From positions 6,820,001 to 6,884,000 of the forward strand of contig NW_025766002.1 of assembly GCF_003918875.1 (NCBI RefSeq): a DNA stretch of 64,000 bases, written 5' to 3'. Below are positions 51,069 through 62,620 of this stretch, piece after piece. The position numbers and the translations under genes were made by a program. Positions within the stretch are counted from its first letter, which is position 1; each line of letters starts with the position of its first letter. The notes under the pieces are model-generated. The model had not been told where the DNA came from. It saw only the letters and a program-made list of their open reading frames with translations, and ran no database searches. Origin of the DNA: Haliotis rubra (taxonomy: Eukaryota).

Positions 51069-52507
51069 ACATGTTGGGAATCGAACCTTCGAATATGGTA
51101 AGTATTCCCTCCTACTTAGAAAATCCACGAAGAATTGCTCAACAAGGCATGACTCCATCAGAACGATAGTCCTCGTTGAACAAAAACGATCGTAAAGGCA
51201 ATCTAAAGTACGTGAAAGTTACGTTTCTTACTGAATCTTATGGATTCATTATTGATGTTCAGACATATAAACTATGGCGGAACTATATAAACTATTCTAC
51301 AACAGTTACGTACAAAACACAAGCTCTGGTAGATTGATGATCATTGTGTCACTCACTTGATAGTCTGAACCAGATTATTAACAGGTGTTGTTAGGTGCAC
51401 TATTGCTGATGGCGGCGTGAGGCAATACACAAACACAGCCTTCCATATGATGTTGTATGTACGCACTTACATGTATATTGTTCAATGTGAAGCAAACGTT
51501 ACGGTACGGACAATTACATCCCAAACATTGTCGATACGACGCGTATGTTCAACTCGTTGACATATACTCTGCTAATATACGTAATTATACTTTACGGTTG
51601 GCTTCGTAAACTCTAAAGTTGTGGATGTAAATGCCAGAAATCGACACCGTGAGAAAAATCCCCCGACACGTGACCAATCCACACTATGATACGCAATTTC
51701 CATCAAATCAATTTCACCAAATTGGGTACAACCAGTTGTAACCAGTTTGCCCCACGTCCACGCACGTACAGCACGCGCTCGGGTCAAGCACCTGTCCTTT
51801 GGCATTATAAACCTCGGCCATTTGATTTATTAAATTGACGCTTCAATTATCATGCCCCCATTAAAATTCAGATTTATAGTTCTGCGCCATCGGAGGGGTA
51901 CTTAAATGGTGATATATCGATCGGAGTGTTCCGAATGCCATAAGGGCACCTCGGTACCCGGAGTGCTGCCTCGGGTCGGCGTGTGTCGGCTTATGAAGCC
52001 ATTCACCCGTGATCGGATCTCAATAGCGACAATCGGAGTTCAATAAGCGTGCTTCAGTTGTGCTTTGACACATAATAGCAACAATTATATCTTCGGGGGT
52101 CGGGATTCGAAAGCGGTTGAACGTTGGATTTAATTAAAGAATAGTGTATGGCAAGAAGCGTGTCGGGAGCTTAATTTCAAAACTGGCAGTTTAATATATG
52201 CTCTGAAGGAAGGTGGTTGCTGGAGTGGAACGTTCTGTGATCACTAAGTGTTGTGGAAGGGGGAATTCAAAACGCCAGTTGCGATATGTTGAGTGCCCGG
52301 CACTGTATCTCACCCTAAATCTAACCACGTACCTCCACAATTGTGTGAGCGAAAGTGTGAGTGAGTGAGTGGGTGATTGAGTGAGTGATTATCGATTTAA
52401 GGGGCACTAGGTTTGGGCAAACTGGTAGTCATCGCAAGCCGTACTACCACAACTTGGACTTTCTGCTTAACCTGGCCACCCGCTTACCTAAATACTCCAT
52501 TATGCTC

Positions 52508-52594
52508 TACAGTACAGTACAGTACTGTATACCATACCATACCATACCACACCACACCACACCACACCACACCACACCACACCACACCACACCA
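52508..52594. repeat. Compound pentanucleotide microsatellite (TACAG)(TACCA)(CACCA)n
   Basis: Directly visible. Confidence 0.95.
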
Positions 52595-52896
52595 CGCCTT
52601 CCAGCTTTTGAGCACAGCTTCACATTAACATATCGGCAGCAATTTTACTTTTTCGGCTTCTCCAGAGAGCAAATACAATGTGGACTTGGAATGTGTCATC
52701 GTTGCGTTCCGTCTATCGGTGTTGCATGTAACAACAACCTGATACTAGCATCAGTCAGCTTAATTCCGATGAACAATTGTATGATGACACATGACCAACA
52801 ACAAGTCCTCCGTAACTGTGTCAGGATATCCTGAGTTTGTTGACGATCTCGTAACAATCGTCTATCAGGTGTTATCTTCATCCGCAGCGCCTGATA

Positions 52897-53101
52897 TAGT
52901 CTGTCGTACAGACACGGAAGTAAATATATATATAAGAAAACCCACGCAACTCTAGAAAATGTGGCAAGTCTAGATTTCCTCAGCTTCAGGGCTTCTGAAA
53001 ATGAAGAAAGTCTCAGGGCTCCTTTTCATTATATATTTTTTTTTTACAATGAACTTTTTTTCAGTAAAATATGTTTATTTCAGAGACTAGTTGTTAGTCT
53101 A
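52897..53101 (+). mobile_element. TAG..CTA MITE subfamily 2 (AcademH-like)
   Basis: Perfect 9-bp TSD cgcctgata. Confidence 0.85.
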
Positions 53102-53518
53102 CGCCTGATATATCAGTATTATTCAGCGTCACGTCACTCTTAAGGCTGTTTGGAACAGTATTCCGGTAATGTAATGTTCAGTTTATAGAAAATGGAAAGA
53201 AAAGACTTTGACAAGATCGTAGATCTTGACAATGTCTTAAACTGAATTAGCTGACACGAGTTAGTGAGTGAGTTGGTTTTAACGCCGCTTCGAGCAGTAC
53301 AAGCTCTACCACTGCGTGCTGCAAGTCTCAGACATCTGAAAGTTTGTTCAAACCCACGAACATGGGAATGGTGCTGGCAAACCAAGAACCATTATCAGAG
53401 CAAACCGGGATTCGAACCCGAACGGGTTTCTGGCGTCCTAAGGAACGCAGTCATCCAGCCATGACGACACGGCTGTAGAGAGTACACGCAAACACGACTG
53501 AAATTAATATCCATTAGA

Positions 53519-53684
53519 GGGACAGTGGGGTAGCCTAGTGGTTAAAGTGTTCGCTCGTCACGCCGAAGACACGGGTTCGATTCCCCACATGGGTACAATG
53601 TGTGAAGCCCATTTCTGGTGTCCTCCGCCGTTGTATTGCTGGAATATTGCTAAAAGCGGCGTTAAACCAAAGTCACTCACACAC
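53519..53684 (+). mobile_element. SINE family A, full length
   Basis: 9-bp TSD tccattaga. Confidence 0.95.
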
Positions 53685-54301
53685 TCCATTAGAATTGTAA
53701 CAACTGATTTTCAAACCAACGTTCTGACACTAACAGAAGATTGTTTTTTTTGTCAAAGATTAAATTTGATCAAAAACATAAACACCATCCTTGATCTACA
53801 CGTTGAGACGTTATGACGTTATCGCTGTTTTACGAAATATATGGGTTAGGTTTCAAACTAAATTGTATGATAAAACAGCTCAGGCTAAGCATGACAAGTA
53901 AAATCTGTAAACTAATCGTAAATGTTACAGGTCAGATGTTACAGGCCACGAGACGCATGGATGTGTGCTTCGGCAGATAGCGTTAATTACAAGCGTACGT
54001 CACGTCACCCCCACGACAAAACCAGCAACGATATTTTATTGCCTAATCGCCGCAAAATATCAAATTAACCATCCTGGCGTACTGAGTCACACGTGCGATG
54101 GGTAAATGGGATCTTTGTTGACATGCTAAGTACAAACACTTTACTATGAAAACTTGCTGCAACGAGTGAGTGAGTGAATACGGGGACAGAGGACACAAAG
54201 AATCAGCTTTACATATTGCACCAATTTACGAAAACAAACCTGACTCGACCTAGCGCGTGTTAAATTCCAATAAAACCTATTCGCTGTGGTTAACTCGAAC
54301 C

Positions 54302-54500
54302 TAGACAAACGCTTAGTCTCTGAATATATAAAATTTTGATTGTAACAAATAAACCCATTTAAAGTGAAAAGGAGCCCCAGGGAGACCAGAGATTCCTGAA
54401 CCTGGAGAAATCTAGACTTGCTTTATTTAGGGCTTTAGTATTGGAGGGAGGGCTAGGCTGTAGGGAAAATAATATGGTTCAGGGACTGTGAGACAGACTA
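54302..54500 (-). mobile_element. TAG..CTA MITE subfamily 1 (AcademH-like)
   Basis: Perfect 9-bp TSD actcgaacc. Confidence 0.85.
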
Positions 54501-54660
54501 ACTCGAACCTTACGCCATGGCTAACCCGAAACTTACTATCACGACATATCATTTTACAAGATGCTCGTACAATATGGCCCTGGTATTATTATCATTAAGG
54601 CTGTGGCATTAACACCCTCCTAGATTAGACCGCGAATAGCTAGAAATCACCTCGATTGTC

Positions 54661-54831
54661 GAGTAAGTGAGTGAGTTAAGGCTTTAAGCCGCTTTGAGCA
54701 ATATACCAGCAATGTAACGATGGGGGGACACTACAAATCGGCTTCACACATTGTACACATATGGGGAAAAGAACCTGTATCTTTGGCGTGAAGGTCAATC
54801 ACTTTAACCACTAGGCTACCTCACCGCCCCT
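54661..54831 (-). mobile_element. SINE family A, diverged
   Basis: 9-bp TSD tcgattgtc. Confidence 0.92.
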
Positions 54832-55779
54832 TCGATTGTCAAGGGTTTCGAGTTATTTTTCCCTCCACCGTCTGCTGTTAGAAGACCTGGACGAAGTAAG
54901 AAAAGCTTTACATGCGCGGATATAGTTTTTTAGAAAATGACAAGAGAATTTTGCGATCATAAATAATAAATTAACAAAAGCTAAATGAATGCAAACAATC
55001 CATGAAGAGAATAGCACATCTTGGCAGTCTTTGATGTTTGCTAAAACATATAATCAATTGAATTATTGTTGTCTAATCTTTACACTTAGTACACCCGATG
55101 AACTTTTTCATCTGCTGGACACGTACTGAAACTAACAAATATACCCGTCACTGATAGCCTCTGGATCGGCGAATGCGGGTAAGATTTGTCCATGTAATGT
55201 CCTCTATAAACTCCAAAAGCCATGTCAAGACCCGAGGAAAGACGGTCACATTGGGTTGTGCGGATCGGGACACGCAGCGTGAAAGTTTGCCCGAGACAAA
55301 CACATGATTTAAACACGTTTAGAGAACAGCTGTTGGTTCCTGCAGATCCGTTCGAGTCCAAGAGCGCAGACATAAACTTAATGTATCTAGCCAGAGATCA
55401 GCAGTCACTTGATCACGATGTAGATTGGACCGAGCAGCAAAGAGGCCATGTTCCCCTTGCATGTACAGTTGGCACTCACCGCGACAAAGTGGCTTTGGTA
55501 GAGGACCGTTTGAACGCTAAACACTGCTGTTTCCTCGCTTCAACAGGATGCACATTTGGTGAAATCGCTTGAAGGGTTCCTAATCTGTTTCCCAATGTAA
55601 TACCATGTCGTATTTACTCGAAGGGGGTCAAATAGCAGTGTTGTGCTTTATCTGAGAAATGCAAATGTTCATGTATAAATAAATGGCTTTTGTAAACGTT
55701 TTATTTCCCGAATGGGTTCATAAATGTTCACGATCTATTCAGAATATCGCAATCGTGGCCACCCGATCTTCAGTTCAGT

Positions 55780-55860
55780 CAATGAGGCCATTTCTGGTGT
55801 CTCCTGCCGTGACATTGCTGGAATATTGCTTAAAGCGGCGTAAAACCATACTCACTCACC
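55780..55860 (+). mobile_element. SINE family A, 5' truncated
   Basis: 9-bp TSD cagttcagt. Confidence 0.9.
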
Positions 55861-55911
55861 CAGTTCAGTAGTGAAAAGGGGTTCTGGGGTTCACTTTGGC
55901 CCGTATCACAG

Positions 55912-56078
55912 TGAGTGAGTGAGTTGGTTTTTACGCCGCTGTTAGCATTATTCCAGAAATATCACGGCGGGAGAAACCAGAAACGGGGTTCCCACATTGA
56001 ACCCATGTGGGGGATCGAACCCGTGTCTTCGGCGTGACGAGCGAACGCTTTAACCACTGGGCTACCCCAACGGCCCTT
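55912..56078 (-). mobile_element. SINE family A, full length
   Basis: 9-bp TSD gtatcacag. Confidence 0.95.
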
Positions 56079-56559
56079 GTATCACAGAAAAAAACCCATT
56101 AACTTTCCTGCAACGATTCCCAGATTCACTGATATGAGTACGTGAGTTGTGTTTAAAGCCCCTTCATATGTGTCTGCTTTGATGTTGGAGAAAAACCCGA
56201 AATGAAGAGGTTCTGACACAAATCAATTTGGTTGAACCCACAAGAGCGCGGATATGGTGCTGGCATACCTTGGAATTATTCAAGTGTTATCTGGGATTAG
56301 AACGCATGATGCTAGGTGTCTGGTAGCCAAAGGGATATCTATGCAACTATGGATAACGAATTGCGACATCCGAGGAGAGCGAGTGAGTCATAAAAATGTG
56401 TATACCTATGACGTAATAATTAAACATATATATACAATGCATGGGTTTATGTTGTCGTTAAGTGAAATGTGTAAACCTAGGTGTCGAGATACACCTGTAG
56501 CGCCCGCGTCAATCAGCTTGCGCAACCAGCGAGGGTTCCTTTACAGCATTTGTCTGAGT

Positions 56560-56724
56560 AGTGAGTGAGTGAGTATGGTTTTACGCCGCTTTTAGTAACA
56601 TTCCAGCAATATCACAGCGGGGGACACCAGAAATGGGCTGCACACATTGTAACCATGTGGGGAATCGAACCCGTGTCTTCGGCGTGACGAGCGAACGCTT
56701 TAACCACCAGGCTACCCCACCGCC
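56560..56724 (-). mobile_element. SINE family A (left parent of the duplication)
   Basis: Consensus match. Confidence 0.95.
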
Positions 56725-59700
56725 TTGACGTCCGAGGCGATTCGGCTATCGGTGCAGTGACAGTATTAAGTTTATAATAGGTCTACATGATCTATAGATT
56801 TAGAATAGGTTTACACGATAAATATAGATTCAGAGGATGCCTCGCGTGACCACTCTTCACCCAAACTTTAACTTGTTCCCTAACTTTGTTCATGCAGTAT
56901 ATTTACCCTGACTTTGATCAAGCAGTATATTTCACACATATATACTCAAAAGACGTAAAACATCATCCAACTCTTTCGTATTACTTTAGTTCGTCTGTCA
57001 AGCCATGAAATACTCACTTTAATCATTTAGAAATATTGTGTTTTGTTATTTCCATAAGTTGTGTATTTCTGTTGGTTTACGTAGTCTCTATTGTAAAAGT
57101 GTAACACTTATCGCCCGCACAGCCGTGGTGCACATATGTTTAATTCATTTTGTTTGCGAGAAAACAAAATATATCCATAATAGCCCATTTATGTTCATGT
57201 AAGAAACTCGCTATATCGTACACAAGCCGATGTCTCGTGCGGGACAAGGAAATAACCCCTAAACTCTCCTATCCCATTTCCTTGGCACATACCAAATATT
57301 TCATGGTTTCGTATCTGTTTTCTTATCACCAGTTTTAATACTTTCAACCCTTCTCACAAAATATAAATTATAACCGCGCGTGCGCAAACCTCAGTATTAG
57401 AACATTTGGGGCATTCGCGCCAGGCGACCCTCGTATCAAATTTCTGCAAGACGACAAATTCTGAATTGGCGGTTTTATAGCGTATGTATTTTTCTACTCG
57501 GGTATCCTGTCAGCTTTGCCATTATTTAGGGTTCCCTTTTTCAGTTTGTCACAAAGAACAGACATTTTCGTCTCCGATGTTCCTTAATGATAGTCACCAT
57601 TTTAAATGATGAATGTGAAATTAATGATGTACTCATACAGAATTCTCTCCAACCAAACCGCCTGTAAACGTGCTTCAAAACATGAAATTTTTCACGTTAG
57701 GACCGATTTTACTGCGAATAGTCTACGTTATGAAGACATTTACACTTAGGTGACGTCTAGGGAAAACAGATCGTTAAAGCTCAAGTGGCGCCAAACATGA
57801 GCTGTCAATCAAAAAATATTACTGTCATTTTCGTCTAGTGGCCTATTTGTTTCTTCTGTAAATAACACTGTCAGCCGCACGCTGGACAAGGAATGAACGT
57901 TTTGCCCGTGCGACCGAGAACGCGATATGTGTCAACGGCAAAATGGCACAAAAAGCTGGACTGGACTCAAATTAGAACACAAATCGATCGGAGTGCTGGG
58001 TCTGACAGTTCGATATTCGACATGTAGGTCAACGAGTGACGATATTAGGTAACTGACTGCGGAGTTCTGGGTCGTGGAAGTAGTCTGTGGCATTTATGTA
58101 AGGGCAAATCGAAGGACTGTTATCTGACAGGATATATCTCCGTACTTCAGAGATGGAGGTTTCTCCAGATGATTCACTTTCTCTGAAGGTGGTGTTAGTG
58201 CATGACCTTTCCTCATCCATATTGAGTGGATAACATTTTGAATTTGAAACAATATATTGGGAGTATTGATAAAAAAGTAGAGATCTTTAAAATTTAAAAA
58301 CAAATCCCAACATTTTCCATGTTTTGTGTTTAACAACAATACAATATACTTTTCTTTCCACAATAAAACACCTCTTTTACGGAGGCGTGCGTTAAGCACT
58401 AACCCTCCAGTATGAGCAGTTTCTGGATTAACAAGTCAACTTTTAACAGAAGAATGCGTGAGCATGGTTTTACGCCGCTTTTAGCAATGTTCCAGCAATA
58501 TAAAGGCGGGGGCACCAGAAATGGGCTTCACAAATTGCACAAAATGAGGGGAATCGATCCCGGACCGTCGGCATGACGAGCGAACGCTTTAACCACCAGG
58601 CTACCCCACCGCCTTGACGTCCGAGGCGATTCGGCTATCGGTGCAGTGACAGTATTAAGTTTATAATAGGTCTACATGATCTATAGATTTAGAATAGGTT
58701 TACACGATAAATATAGATTCAGAGGATGATCGAGAACCAATGCCTCGCGTGACCACTCTTCACCCAAACTTTAACTTGTTCCCTAACTTTGTTCATGCAG
58801 TATATTTACCCTGACTTTGATCAAGCAGTATATTTCACACATATATACTCAAAAGACGTAAAACATCATCCAACTCTTTCGTATTACTTTAGTTCGTCTG
58901 TCAAGCCATGAAATACTCACTTTAATCATTTAGAAATATTGTGTTTTGTTATTTCCATAAGTTGTGTATTTCTGTTGGTTTACGTAGTCTCTATTGTAAA
59001 AGTGTAACACTTATCGCCCGCACAGCCGTGGTGCACATATGTTTAATTCATTTTGTTTGCGAGAAAACAAAATATATCCATAATAGCCCATTTATGTTCA
59101 TGTAAGAAACTCGCTATATCGTACACAAGCCGATGTCTCGTGCGGGACAAGGAAATAACCCCTAAACTCTCCTATCCCATTTCCTTGGCACATACCAAAT
59201 ATTTCATGGTTTCGTATCTGTTTTCTTATCACCAGTTTTAATACTTTCAACCCTTCTCACAAAATATAAATTATAACCGCGCGTGCGCAAACCTCAATAT
59301 TAGAACATTTGGGGCATTCGCGCCAGGCGACCCTCGTATCAAATTTCTGCAAGACGACAAATTCTGAATTGGCGGTTTTATAGCGTATGTATTTTTCTAC
59401 TCGGGTATCCTGTCAGCTTTGCCATTATTTAGGGTTCCCTTTTTCAGTTTGTCACAAAGAACAGACATTTTCGTCTCCGATGTTCCTTAATGATAGTCAC
59501 CATTTTAAATGATGAATGTGAAATTAATGATGTACTCATACAGAATTCTCTCCAACCAAACCGCCTGTAAACGTGCTTCAAAACATGAAATTTTTCACGT
59601 TAGGACCGATTTTACTGCGAATAGTCTACGTTATGAAGACATTTACACTTAGGTGACGTCTAGGGAAAACAGATCGTTAAAGCTCAAGTGGCGCCAAACA

Positions 59701-60499
59701 TGAGCTGTCAATCAAAAAATATTACTGTCATTTTCGTCTAGTGGCCTATTTGTTTCTTCTGTAAATAACACTGTCAGCCGCACGCTGGACAAGGAATGAA
59801 CGTTTTGCCCGTGCGACCGAGAACGCGATATGTGTCAACGGCAAAATGGCACAAAAAGCTGGACTGGACTCAAATTAGAACACAAATCGATCGGAGTGCT
59901 GGGTCTGACAGTTCGATATTCGACATGTAGGTCAACGAGTGACGATATTAGGTAACTGACTGCGGAGTTCTGGGTCGTGGAAGTAGTCTGTGGCATTTAT
60001 GTAAGGGCAAATCGAAGGACTGTTATCTGACAGGATATATCTCCGTACTTCAGAGATGGAGGTTTCTCCAGATGATTCACTTTCTCTGAAGGTGGTGTTA
60101 GTGCATGACCTTTCCTCATCCATATTGAGTGGATAACATTTTGAATTTGAAACAATATATTGGGAGTATTGATAAAAAAGTAGAGATCTTTAAAATTTAA
60201 AAACAAATCCCAACATTTTCCATGTTTTGTGTTTAACAACAATACAATATACTTTTCTTTCCACAATAAAACACCTCTTTTACGGAGGCGTGCGTTAAGC
60301 ACTAACCCTCCAGTATGAGCAGTTTCTGGATTAACAAGTCAACTTTTAACAGAAGAATGCGTGAGCATGGTTTTACGCCGCTTTTAGCAATGTTCCAGCA
60401 ATATAAAGGCGGGGGCACCAGAAATGGGCTTCACAAATTGCACAAAATGAGGGGAATCGATCCCGGACCGTCGGCATGACGAGCGAACGCTTTAACCAC
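56685..60499. repeat. ~1.9-kb tandem duplication bounded by SINEs
   Basis: 56685-58573 repeated at 58574-60476; offset 1889 before and 1903 after a 14-bp indel; identical ORF pairs in the ORF track. Confidence 0.97.
58453..58613 (-). mobile_element. SINE family A, chimeric junction copy
   Basis: Tail and body match 60356-60519; head and flank match 56560-56724. Confidence 0.93.
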
Positions 60500-60519
60500 T
60501 AGGCTACCCCACCGTCCCC
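60356..60519 (-). mobile_element. SINE family A (right parent of the duplication)
   Basis: Consensus match. Confidence 0.95.
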
Positions 60520-61670
60520 TGGGAGATTCATAGAAAGAGCATATTCGATTGTCCTCCAACAGTTGTAAACTTCTTGGTCAGATTCCCTTCTGGTTGTTCT
60601 ATGTGCATAACCAAACAGATAATAAATATAGTGGGCGTTATTGGTGTCTGTGGGGTGCCTACCTCATGTATGAAGTCTTTACCTCAAATTTTCAAAAAAT
60701 GGTTTTAATGAGATTGTTCGGCATTTCACACAATGCTTTCTCAAGGAAGGTGTGGCGTACAAATTTAAAAACACTGGTCGATAGTGTGAGGAACGCTGCA
60801 ATAATTCGACAAGCGAGACTGGGACTTTTTCTTAGTCATATTCTCATCGACCCTTTTGGCCAACCGATCCCCATTCAATAACACAAAACAACAACCGAAA
60901 TAAGAAATCTTCTCCCGAACTCCCCGCGAGAGCTGTAAGAGAAACGAGAACCGATTCGGACACGTGTCTAAGCAAGCCTAAATCAGTGTTGTTATTTTTA
61001 CCTATCAACGCTCGAGACCATGATAAAACGGTAGCTGACACACATCTTCAAGCACTGGGAAAACGAATCTCAAGAAGACCAAGACAGACATGATATCATT
61101 CGGCGTATCTCGACCCTCGTCAAAATACACAATTATTTCTTCTGACCGGTATGTTCCGAATGAGCAGCCCCGGATGGCTTCCGACTGTCTGGTCAGCGAC
61201 TGTGGTTAGTTTACATCTGCCTCACCGTTTCTGACAATATATCGCGATAATGGGAACGACTAAACTAAATACACTTTGAGGTCAGACCTCACTTTCTTGG
61301 TTAAATAGCTGTGGTTTGGGCTACAATTTCAAAACAGTGAGTCTGTGTGAGTGTGTGGCAGGTATAACGTGGCCTTAGACACTTACGTCCAGACTTGGGA
61401 AAGGTTGGAGGGTTATTGGGAAGAAGGCGTTTGATCTCGACTGCAGCACTACGTCCGTGAAGAATGTCGCTTTATCGGTTTTGTACTGCGGCGTCTACAT
61501 CTCGGTTATTAGGACACCAATTCCAGCAAATTGCCCTTAAAATAAGGATGATTTGAATTTTCACAATCTGATTTTGACATAGACATATACAAGTGACGTA
61601 CCTTGAAATATTTTTTTTTTTCAATTTGTGCGCCGCGTGTGACATTCGTTAAGCTCACTGTTCTATAAGT

Positions 61671-61752
61671 TTTGGTTTTACGCCGCTTTTACCAATATTC
61701 CAGCAACATCACGGCGGGGGACACCAGAAATGGGCTTCACACATTGTACCCA
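61671..61752 (-). mobile_element. SINE family A, 5' truncated
   Basis: 8-bp TSD ctataagt. Confidence 0.9.
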
Positions 61753-62620
61753 CTATAAGTATGCAATTGATATTCGTCAATCATCCTTCTCCGAGGGTGG
61801 TGGGGCAGCCCAATGGTTACGGAATTCGACCGCCAAGACGTATACATTAGTTCGATTCCGAGTGTCCAGACCATTTACGGCATCCACGGTCGTGTTGCAA
61901 CTACAGCTATATACATCTCCCTTAAAATGTTCTTCAGTATCATTACACCTACTCCCAACTCACCTTAACAGCCCACACCTTCCTATAATGGTTGACAGAT
62001 CCTGCCACACCAACCATCATCACCCTTTGTTTTACATTACACCTATATGCGTGGCTTAACGATTGGCACTACATTAATGAGAGGGCACCTGCACTGGAAC
62101 GTTTGTAGTTCAACTGTCTTGGAGTCACGTTCTTGACAGATAGTTCATAGTCCAGTCACACAGCTCGTAAAACCAACTCAGAAAGACTAAGATACCTGCG
62201 ATCAACGTATATCGCACGGTAGACTAAAAGGTGTCGTAAAAACAAACGTGTCAAACACAAATTGATTGTGTAATGTTCTCATGGTGTCCTCCCAACGTAA
62301 AAGCACGTGGGACGTTGTACTTCTCTCAGGAGTTGAGTTAAAACAAGAGCTTGCGTACATTATATGCTTTGGTTGAATCTCCGAGCCAGCACTGCAATGT
62401 ATTACGTCTCGAATGAGATATACACCCACTTGTTTAAACATGTGTTAATTTATAAGCCACAGCCAGACAGAGCCGACCAGAAAGCTTTACAAATAGATGG
62501 AAAGCATCCACGCAAACTGACCAACGTAATTTCCGATGACCAGTTTCATAACAGATACCACGGCGTAGGTGCTTGAGACTGAAATAGACATGAAATAGAC
62601 AGATGAAAGGTAAAGCTAAT

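Noticed and set aside
55086-55572. Overlapping 95-aa and 116-aa ORFs
   Set aside because: No recognisable motifs; lengths within chance expectation
57150-60302. Pairs of identical ORFs (62, 63 and 101 aa) suggesting duplicated genes
   Set aside because: They follow from the 1.9-kb tandem duplication and show no protein-like features
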